DNA of 64,000 nt, from contig CALEEY010000026.1 in assembly GCA_937877085.1 (NCBI GenBank), forward strand, positions 5,002 to 69,001, given 5' to 3'. The notes below the pieces were generated by a model that was not told the origin of the DNA, did not search any database, and saw nothing but the letters and a program-made list of their open reading frames with translations. Shown piece after piece: positions 29,221-36,111 of the stretch. Source of the DNA: an uncultured Bacteroidota bacterium (GTDB lineage: Bacteria > Bacteroidota > Rhodothermia > Rhodothermales > UBA10348). The first letter of the stretch is position 1. Every line of letters starts with the position of its first letter. A program made the position numbers and the translations under genes.

Positions 29221-29867
29221 TTTTTGTCTCGACCTGACGATTTTGAGGACATGGGATCCGACTTAATCTGAGCACCTGGGCGAGGCAGTGGCGCTCCCTG
29301 GTCCACCGCTTTCGCCCCCACCATGTGCAGAGGAAGTTCGCTTCTGACGGTTCCGTCAGAAGCTACAAAACCGGGCCGGGGCATCTCAAATGGTAAGCTC
29401 CCAGCGCTTGATTTCGTCTTTATAGACTCTTTGAACAACCGCCAGGGAGCCCACAACATGCCAAAGCACTCTCCGTCCTCAGGGCCTAAATGTTTGTGGT
29501 GGAGTAAATGGGCTTTTCGAATAGCTTTGAAATAGGCATTATCCGTGCGTCGGAGCCATTTGAAGCGCTGATGGATAAAAATATCATGGACTATGAGATA
29601 ACATATCCCATATAAAAGGATACCTAACCCAATCCACACTCTAAAATCGCCATTCAGCGTTCCTGTGATAAAGCAATAGGCGCTTGGGATGGCAAAAATC
29701 AGAAAAAAGGAGTCATTTCTTTCAAAAAAGCCGGGTTCGTGGACGTGATGATCTTTGTGAAACCACCACATGAAACCATGCATGACGTATTTGTGTGCAA
29801 ACCACGCAATAGCCTCCATAGTCAAGAAGGTCGCTAGTACGATAGCTGAATTAATTAGGAAGGACAT
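29217..29867 (-). CDS. crtZ: Beta-carotene hydroxylase with a ~65-aa C-terminal extension
   Basis: His boxes of the fatty-acid hydroxylase superfamily are present: HKYVMH, HKDHH, HDIFIHQR and HLLHHKH. Confidence 0.85.
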   Translation of the reverse strand: MSFLINSAIVLATFLTMEAIAWFAHKYVMHGFMWWFHKDHHVHEPGFFERNDSFFLIFAIPSAYCFITGTLNGDFRVWIGLGILLYGICYLIVHDIFIHQRFKWLRRTDNAYFKAIRKAHLLHHKHLGPEDGECFGMLWAPWRLFKESIKTKSSAGSLPFEMPRPGFVASDGTVRSELPLHMVGAKAVDQGAPLPRPGAQIKSDPMSSKSSGRDKK

Positions 29868-29872
29868 CTCGT

Positions 29873-30463
29873 CTATTTATCTATCGAAAATGGTGTGTAC
29901 AGTGAGTCGACCCGATCAAAACAGATTTTAAACCATTCGGTGAAATGGTGTTCGTTGGCACCCATTTCTTCCCGAATCTTCTCCACAGAAACGTATCGCC
30001 AACTCGCGACTTCAGACGGATTCGGAACCGGATGATCATCCGAATAACCAACGAGGACGTGGTCAAGTTCGTGCTCAATCAAATCTTGGTCCAGATGGGC
30101 TTTGTAAAGGAAAGAAAATTGCGAACTAAAAGTACTTTTCATCCCCATTTCCTCCATTAATCGACGCTCCGCAGCGTTTTCAACAGATTCTCCAAGCCGG
30201 GGGTGGCTACAACAGGTATTGGTCCACAACCCGCCACTATGATATTTGGAATGGGCTCGTTGTTGAAGAAGCATTTCGCCTTTCGAGTTAAAGACAAATG
30301 CGGAAAATGCACGATGAAGGACTCCCAAGCGATGGGCCTTCATTTTTTCCATCGTGCCGAGCTCAGCATCTGATTCGTCAACTAAGATGACGTGATCTTC
30401 TGACTTCGTGGAGGAGTGGATATGCATCATGGGGAATGGTAAATCTGGAGAGATGTCAAACAT
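29873..30463 (-). CDS. idi: Isopentenyl-diphosphate delta-isomerase, type 1 (Nudix)
   Basis: HRAFSAFVFNSKGEMLLQQRAHSKYHSGGLWTNTCCSHP...GES...AAERRLMEEMG matches the Idi active-site Cys and Nudix region. The start is uncertain: 30463 or the MMHIH start at 30430. The 30517 start would overlap crtB. Confidence 0.8.
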   Translation of the reverse strand: MFDISPDLPFPMMHIHSSTKSEDHVILVDESDAELGTMEKMKAHRLGVLHRAFSAFVFNSKGEMLLQQRAHSKYHSGGLWTNTCCSHPRLGESVENAAERRLMEEMGMKSTFSSQFSFLYKAHLDQDLIEHELDHVLVGYSDDHPVPNPSEVASWRYVSVEKIREEMGANEHHFTEWFKICFDRVDSLYTPFSIDK

Positions 30464-30468
30464 GGAGA

Positions 30469-31323
30469 TTAAACCCAATTCAGCTGGTGCCGGGTGTAAA
30501 CAGATAGCCAAAGCCACGCTTTTTGCCCGTCGGGAACGCGGATGCGGCTCTGAAGAATTTCGGAGCTAGGTACCCGTTGAATTCGGCATAATAGTTTGGT
30601 GTAAAAGCTATGCGCCAGAAAAACGCCAAATCGGGCATCTTTTGGAAGTTCTACAATGCCCTCATACGCAGCCTTCAAATCGGCTTCTATATCGGCCTCG
30701 ATGGCTTGCTTTCCTTCTTGGTCGAGCCTAGAAATGTCTACGTTTGGAAAGTAGGAGCGTCCCAGTTTTTCGTAGTCCTCTTGCACATCTCGTAAGAAGT
30801 TGACCTTCTGGAAGGCGGCTCCGAGCCGAATGGCCGGAGCTTTAAGCTGGTTGTACTTCGTTTCGTCGCCGCGCACGAAAACTTTTAAACACATTAGCCC
30901 AACGACTTCCGCAGATCCCGTGATATAGGTCTCATAGGACTGTTGGTCGTAGTGCTGCTCCGTTAAGTCTCGTTCCATACTGTCCAAAAATTGATCAATA
31001 TGGCTGCGTTCGATCCGGTACTCATGTACGACGGATTGAAAAGCGTGCAAGATCGGATTGGTGCTTATTCCTTCCTCAAGAGCCTGATAGGTTTGCTCTT
31101 TCAACCGTCTGAATAACGTTTCCTGATCGTAGCCCTGAAAGGAATCGACCACTTCATCCACCAACCGGACGAATCCATAGATTGAAAAGATGGCGGGTTG
31201 AATTTCTTTTCCGAGGGCTCCAATACTTTTGCTAAAGGAAGTCGAGTAGTGCTTCGTTAAAGAAATACTACATGCTTCACTCATGTTTTCGAATATTGAA
31301 AGTCGGTCGCTTCTACGTTTCAT
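30469..31323 (-). CDS. crtB: Phytoene synthase
   Basis: Squalene/phytoene synthase Asp-rich motifs are present (VRLVDEVVD; FLRDVQEDY). It has an ATGA overlap with the crtI stop. Confidence 0.9.
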   Translation of the reverse strand: MKRRSDRLSIFENMSEACSISLTKHYSTSFSKSIGALGKEIQPAIFSIYGFVRLVDEVVDSFQGYDQETLFRRLKEQTYQALEEGISTNPILHAFQSVVHEYRIERSHIDQFLDSMERDLTEQHYDQQSYETYITGSAEVVGLMCLKVFVRGDETKYNQLKAPAIRLGAAFQKVNFLRDVQEDYEKLGRSYFPNVDISRLDQEGKQAIEADIEADLKAAYEGIVELPKDARFGVFLAHSFYTKLLCRIQRVPSSEILQSRIRVPDGQKAWLWLSVYTRHQLNWV

Positions 31324-32831
31324 ACGGCCTCCAAAGTGGTTTTCAATTTCTTAGAAAGCCATAAATGAGCCTGTTCTGCAGCTACTTGCCCACTTATTAG
31401 GCTTGGAGGTACTCCAGGGCCTGGCGTGGTAAGCTGCCCGGCGTAAAACAAGCCGGGTAGTTTGCTCCTCATTTTAGGCTTCATGAACGCTGTTTGGCTC
31501 ATGGTATTGGCTAGGCCGTACGCATTGCCACGGAACGCGTGGTAGTCTTCTTGGAAGTCCTTGTGCGCATAACTTCGTTTGAACACAACCGAAGATCGGA
31601 TGTCTGCTCCTACCGCTTGCTCGAGGCGCAACATTACTTTTTCAAATAATACCTCATGTTCATTGTCCTTGGCTTCTAGACCCGCGGCCAAAGGAATGAG
31701 AATGAACAAGTTTTCGCTTCCCTCGGGGGCTACAGACGCATCCGTCTTAGAGGGTACGGCCACATAAAACAACGGATCGGCCGGCCACCGCGGATGATCG
31801 TAAATGGCATCTGCGTGAGGCTCAAATGGCACATCAAAAAACAGATTGTGATGGTCCAAATGGGCCAAGCGCTTGTTCACTCCTAAGAAATAGATCAAAG
31901 CACCAGGCGACATTTTACGGCTTTTCCAGTAGGCATCGTCATAAAGACGCCACTGGGCTGGAAGCAATCGTTGCTCCACGTGGTGATAGTCTGCAGCGGC
32001 AACCACCACCTGGCAGCGGATGGAACCATCCTTGAACGTCACTTCGGAAACCCGACCTTCGCCTTCGACGATGCCGGTTACTTCCGTGTCAAAGCAAAAT
32101 CGAACGCCTTTTTTTCTGGCCACTGATTCCATAGCCCGAACGATCTGAATCATGCCCCCCATCGGATACCACGTACCGAGAGCGGTATCCGCGTAGTTCA
32201 TCAGACTATACAGCGCCGGCGAATGCTCCGGACGAGACCCCAAGAAGAGGACCGGAAATTCCAGTATTTCAATGATCTTCGGGTGGGAGAAGTGACTTCG
32301 AATATGCTTGCTCAAGGAGCTAAACATAGCCATGTTCATGGAGGACAGGATGGCTTCGAAATTGGCGAACTCCCAAATGGAGTTTCCGGGTTTCCACACG
32401 AATTCAGCCATTCCAAGCCGATATTTTTCTCCCGCTTCATTCATAAAACGGTCAAAAGCGTCTCCACATCCCGGTTCTAGGGACTCGAAAAGTGCCTTCA
32501 CTTTTCCTAAGGTTGCCGGAATATCGAGAGGACCGTCTTCAAACCACACCCGGTAGCTTGGATCTAATCGGACCAAATCGAAATAGGTGCTGACCGATTC
32601 TCCCGCTTTCTCGAAAAACTGCTCAAAAACGTCCGGCATCCAATACCAGCTCGGGCCCATATCGAATTTGAAACCGTCGCTCTCGAATAAGCGCGCTCTC
32701 CCGCCGGCTGTGGCATGTTTTTCTAAGACCGTGACCGAAAAACCCAAATCCGCTAAGCGAGTAGCCGCAGCGAGACCAGCAAACCCGGCCCCTATCACAA
32801 CAGCATCACGTTGTTGAATACTCATTTTCAT
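31320..32831 (-). CDS. crtI: Phytoene desaturase
   Basis: N-terminal FAD fold (VVIGAGFAGLAAATRLADLG) and a C-terminal GLFYAGQLTTPGPGVPPSLISG motif typical of CrtI. Confidence 0.9.
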   Translation of the reverse strand: MKMSIQQRDAVVIGAGFAGLAAATRLADLGFSVTVLEKHATAGGRARLFESDGFKFDMGPSWYWMPDVFEQFFEKAGESVSTYFDLVRLDPSYRVWFEDGPLDIPATLGKVKALFESLEPGCGDAFDRFMNEAGEKYRLGMAEFVWKPGNSIWEFANFEAILSSMNMAMFSSLSKHIRSHFSHPKIIEILEFPVLFLGSRPEHSPALYSLMNYADTALGTWYPMGGMIQIVRAMESVARKKGVRFCFDTEVTGIVEGEGRVSEVTFKDGSIRCQVVVAAADYHHVEQRLLPAQWRLYDDAYWKSRKMSPGALIYFLGVNKRLAHLDHHNLFFDVPFEPHADAIYDHPRWPADPLFYVAVPSKTDASVAPEGSENLFILIPLAAGLEAKDNEHEVLFEKVMLRLEQAVGADIRSSVVFKRSYAHKDFQEDYHAFRGNAYGLANTMSQTAFMKPKMRSKLPGLFYAGQLTTPGPGVPPSLISGQVAAEQAHLWLSKKLKTTLEAV

Positions 32832-33631
32832 TTGACGGTTGAGAGGGTTGATGCCACGGCACTGAAATCATGGATGCGAAATCCAAACGGGATGTTTTCT
32901 GGCCATGCGCCACTTCCGCCCACCAGCAGACGCGTTTCGGTCTTTTGGCACGACGCCGATATTGTCTGTATTTGTCGCGCCAAATCTTCAGCGTTGGTAG
33001 ACGCTTTTGAGGCGGAAAGGGCTACCATTTGGACAGATTGTGTTTCCAACATACGACATACTTCTGCAACCGGCGTATTAGCACCTAACCACAGGCAGCG
33101 CCAACCCAGTTCCCGAAGAACAACCTGCAACATCGACAAACCCAACGTATGCAGATCCCCCTCTGCGCTTGAAAGGAGGCACTTTGGTGCATTGGAAGCC
33201 ACCGGCATGGACTCATAGATAGAATCTAAAACGCGTGAAAGACGCTCAGTAGCCGCATGTTCTTCTCCGATGGTAATCGACTTATTTACCCATCGTTTTC
33301 CCGTTTCCCGGACTCCAGCCGACAGTTCGTCCATGGTCTTATACCACGAACCGTTTCGACCCCTAGCCTCCAACAGTCTGGACTGCAACCCATGAAACTC
33401 CAGATTCAGAATGGCATCGCCCCATTCATATCCGAGATTTTCATCCAGAGGCTGCAAGGAATGCCCTTCCGGGTCTTGAATAAAGGCCATAATATCCGAC
33501 AAGACCAAACGCCGATGGCCTCCGGGGGTCTTGACGGTACGAAGTTTACCTTCGTCTGCCCAGCGCTTGATACTGGACACGCCAACGCCAGCAAGTTTTG
33601 CTGCAGAAGTAGTGGTTAGGGTTTCTTTCAT
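32828..33631 (-). CDS. MerR-superfamily HTH regulator with a cobalamin-binding domain (CarH/LitR-like light-responsive repressor)
   Basis: N-terminal HTH (SAAKLAGVGVSSIKRWADEGKLRTVKTPGGHRR). It carries the W-x9-EH motif (RWVNKSITIGEEH) and the DxHxxG B12 lower-ligand motif (GDLHTLG). Its stop overlaps the crtI start (ATGA). Confidence 0.75.
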   Translation of the reverse strand: MKETLTTTSAAKLAGVGVSSIKRWADEGKLRTVKTPGGHRRLVLSDIMAFIQDPEGHSLQPLDENLGYEWGDAILNLEFHGLQSRLLEARGRNGSWYKTMDELSAGVRETGKRWVNKSITIGEEHAATERLSRVLDSIYESMPVASNAPKCLLSSAEGDLHTLGLSMLQVVLRELGWRCLWLGANTPVAEVCRMLETQSVQMVALSASKASTNAEDLARQIQTISASCQKTETRLLVGGSGAWPENIPFGFRIHDFSAVASTLSTVK

Positions 33632-33637
33632 GAACGT

Positions 33638-33666
33638 ATTTTACGACAAATGAACGAATTTGTCAA
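33638..33666 (-). promoter_or_regulatory. Near-consensus sigma70-type promoter of the regulator-crt operon, predicting a leaderless transcript
   Basis: The minus strand reads TTGACA-(17 nt)-TAAAAT-ACGTTC-ATG. The -35 is at 33661-33666 and the -10 at 33638-33643. Only 6 nt separate the -10 from the start codon, leaving no room for an SD. Confidence 0.5.
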
Positions 33667-33687
33667 TATATTCGTCCAAATCGTTCA
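33651..33687. promoter_or_regulatory. Imperfect inverted repeat (TGAACGA-type arms) spanning the -35 box; candidate operator
   Basis: TGAACGAATTTG ... CAAATCGTTCA differ by a 1-nt indel. Further TGAACG/CGTTCA-type copies lie at 33631-33636 and 33693-33699. Confidence 0.4.
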
Positions 33688-33784
33688 TTAAGGTTCACGT
33701 TTGGTCGTTTTTCTGCTTAAACAGACCCTTAACCAGTGGTTGTTGATCCTTTGAAATAGAACGTGACTTCGTGAAAGGCGGCCA

Positions 33785-34324
33785 TCACTCGCAAATGGTC
33801 AGCATATTCAAGCAGTCTTTGATCGAATTAAGCGTGGTGCGCTTGATTTCAGAATCGGCAATGTGCAGTTGCAACTTGCCATCGGTTGAAAAGACAAACA
33901 CGTTGACCAACGACGGCTTGACGCCATACAAACGATTAAACTGCCCTTTCCAATCCAATAAAACGGGGGCCAACCTATCGCGTTTAATCATCTTGCGGAC
34001 GAACGATCTAAAAATTGGTGGCACGTTTTCCACATGAGCGACGGCTAAAATGGCGACACCATGTGAGTTTGGCAGCTCCTCGGCAATCGTCTGAATGGCG
34101 CGTCCCCAATTTTCTGAATGTGTACTCCCCTCTCGATCCGATACAATGATGACCGTACTTTGCCCCGAAATGGCTTTACTGGAATGAAGGACATCAAATT
34201 GATCTCGCAGATCAAAAGGGACCAAAACCTTGGCTTGTCCAAAGGACACGCATGGCTCGAGGGCGATCCATAAAAAAATGCACGCAAACAATAGAATTGT
34301 TCGCCTTGCTACGTGGAGATCCAA
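33785..34324 (-). CDS. Hypothetical secreted protein (possibly thioredoxin-fold, YtfJ-like)
   Basis: It has an N-terminal signal peptide. Size and layout resemble periplasmic YtfJ-type proteins, but I see no diagnostic motif. Confidence 0.4.
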   Translation of the reverse strand: MDLHVARRTILLFACIFLWIALEPCVSFGQAKVLVPFDLRDQFDVLHSSKAISGQSTVIIVSDREGSTHSENWGRAIQTIAEELPNSHGVAILAVAHVENVPPIFRSFVRKMIKRDRLAPVLLDWKGQFNRLYGVKPSLVNVFVFSTDGKLQLHIADSEIKRTTLNSIKDCLNMLTICE

Positions 34325-34460
34325 ATTGTTGAAGGCCTTGAATTGGTAGGGTTAAAGGTGCCGCTGATACCGAGTAGTTTGATTTCTGTTACCAACGAAC
34401 GCGGATTTTTAAGCGAGTATTGTGTGTATTCCACGGTCTGTATTCTACAGTTGGTGGCGC

Positions 34461-34961
34461 CTAACCCAAAGCAACTTCGGCGAGCGATGCCGGACCGGTC
34501 GATTGAACAGATCCCGATAAAATGCGCCTCAAATACCCGGCCTGGCCCAGATGTAACGCGAAGTGCGAGCACAAATGCAGTAAAAACTGCTGCGTATTGA
34601 GCTCAAACCCCCCTACGCGTTCCGGATAAATCGTGCCTAATAGAGTGGAATCGATGGAGGAGAAAGCCCGCTTTAAAACCTCGATCGTACTTTCGATTTC
34701 GCGGCTTATTTCCGCTTTAGACAAGGAACGGTTCGCGAATTCGTTTTCACGATCTCGCGTATAGGGAATACCGCCCATCACGAATCCGACGTAATGCTTC
34801 AGATTGCCGCAGAGGTGAATGGCGAGCGTTCCGGCGGGATTCACAACGCCTGGAAGTACTTCCCAAATTTGTTGATCGTTCGGAAATGCTTCGATTTCCT
34901 TCTTCATGCCGCCTAAGTCGCGGATGAGTAGGGTTTGAATGTGGGCTAGAATGGGTGTCAT
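34461..34961 (-). CDS. DinB family (DinB_2) protein
   Basis: The His-triad pattern of the four-helix DinB fold is present (AIHLCGNLKHYVG ... LLHLCSHFALHLGQAGYLRR). Confidence 0.7.
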   Translation of the reverse strand: MTPILAHIQTLLIRDLGGMKKEIEAFPNDQQIWEVLPGVVNPAGTLAIHLCGNLKHYVGFVMGGIPYTRDRENEFANRSLSKAEISREIESTIEVLKRAFSSIDSTLLGTIYPERVGGFELNTQQFLLHLCSHFALHLGQAGYLRRILSGSVQSTGPASLAEVALG

Positions 34962-35737
34962 ATGGATGATTGGATTCGGAATAATGACCTGGCGCGCTTT
35001 AATCCTAAAAGCACCCCCAACGCAAGGGTAACTAAAACAAGTTCTTGAGCAGCCATTTCCACGGTCGGATTGGTGACATTGGCCTCTGCAATTCCATAGG
35101 CAGCCCAGGCAATGACCAGCAAATAGGCAGCGTTAGCTTGCCGCCAGCCAACAACAAAAGCCGCAGCACCCGCCAAGCCAAGCTTTAGAAAAGTCCACAC
35201 TTCTTGACTCAAAAGAACCTCATTGAATCCATACGCCGATTGTAATACGCTAACATTGGCAATTGTAGCCACGCTTATCCATCCAAAATAAATACTGAAC
35301 GGTAGGACCAGTAAAGCAAAATCGAGCGCTCCGACTATGCTCTTATCTGAACGAAGGATCGCGTTTATTTTTACCAACGTCACCAAAATTACGATCATCA
35401 GCGCCATCGATACGGCCAACTGGCCGTATTGCCATGCGAGTATCCATCCAACGTTGGCGAGGCAGTTTACCTTAAACAGGGGGGCGATCTGCTCGAGGGA
35501 CCGCTTCCCTCCTTCACGCTGCAGGAGCTGACGAACGACAAATCCAGCCAATGCTAAATAAATGACTCCCCAAATGGCGAAAGTAAATCCAGCTGGAGTA
35601 AACATCGAGGAGTAGCTGTCTGAAATCTCTCCAGTGGTACGTCCTCCCAGCGGCAGCGCCGTGGCGAGGTAATTGAACAAAATTACCAGCGCAAACGCGC
35701 CGACATTTCCATACCGATCGAGTTGGCTTTTAGTCAT
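34958..35737 (-). CDS. Polytopic membrane protein, TspO/MBR-related (tryptophan-rich sensory protein-like)
   Basis: Seven or so TM helices. The N-terminal segment TPAGFTFAIWGVIYLAL and Trp-rich helices resemble TspO-related proteins. It overlaps the DinB start by 4 nt. Confidence 0.45.
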   Translation of the reverse strand: MTKSQLDRYGNVGAFALVILFNYLATALPLGGRTTGEISDSYSSMFTPAGFTFAIWGVIYLALAGFVVRQLLQREGGKRSLEQIAPLFKVNCLANVGWILAWQYGQLAVSMALMIVILVTLVKINAILRSDKSIVGALDFALLVLPFSIYFGWISVATIANVSVLQSAYGFNEVLLSQEVWTFLKLGLAGAAAFVVGWRQANAAYLLVIAWAAYGIAEANVTNPTVEMAAQELVLVTLALGVLLGLKRARSLFRIQSSI

Positions 35738-35753
35738 TTAACTTTTGATTATT

Positions 35754-35792
35754 CCGCGTGTAAACGCCGCGTGCAAACGCCGCGTGTAAAAA
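35754..35792. repeat. 13-bp tandem repeat, 3 copies, immediately upstream of the TspO-like gene
   Basis: CCGCGTGTAAACG / CCGCGTGCAAACG / CCGCGTGTAAAAA begins 17 nt upstream of the start codon at 35737. Confidence 0.8.
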
Positions 35793-35901
35793 GTAGACCC
35801 AGTCAGAACAAACGCCTACGCCACAATATCAACTTTTCGATCGTAGGTTCAAATGCCGATCCCACAATGGGTATATTGGACGAAAATCCGTTCAGAAGCG
35901 A

Positions 35902-36081
35902 ATGAAACAAGAAAAAAAGCCTGAAGACAACTTACCTGAAAACAATGTGGCCGTCTGGATCGGCGTAGGCATTGCCATCGGATCCGGCGTAGGGGTGGCT
36001 CTTGGCAACATAGCCGTTGGGATCTCTCTTGGGATAGCCATAGGGGCCGCCATGGCATACAGCCGTAAGGCTGCTCAGTAG
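35902..36081 (+). CDS. Small glycine-zipper membrane protein (59 aa), below the ORF-track cutoff
   Basis: Hand translation gives MKQEKKPEDNLPENNVAVWIGVGIAIGSGVGVALGNIAVGISLGIAIGAAMAYSRKAAQ*. A polar N-terminus is followed by GxxxG-rich hydrophobic helices. The antisense 69-aa ORF is Cys/Arg-rich and implausible. Confidence 0.45.
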   Translation: MKQEKKPEDNLPENNVAVWIGVGIAIGSGVGVALGNIAVGISLGIAIGAAMAYSRKAAQ

Positions 36082-36111
36082 TCTGGTTCTAGAAACAGGG
36101 CCGGATACGCG

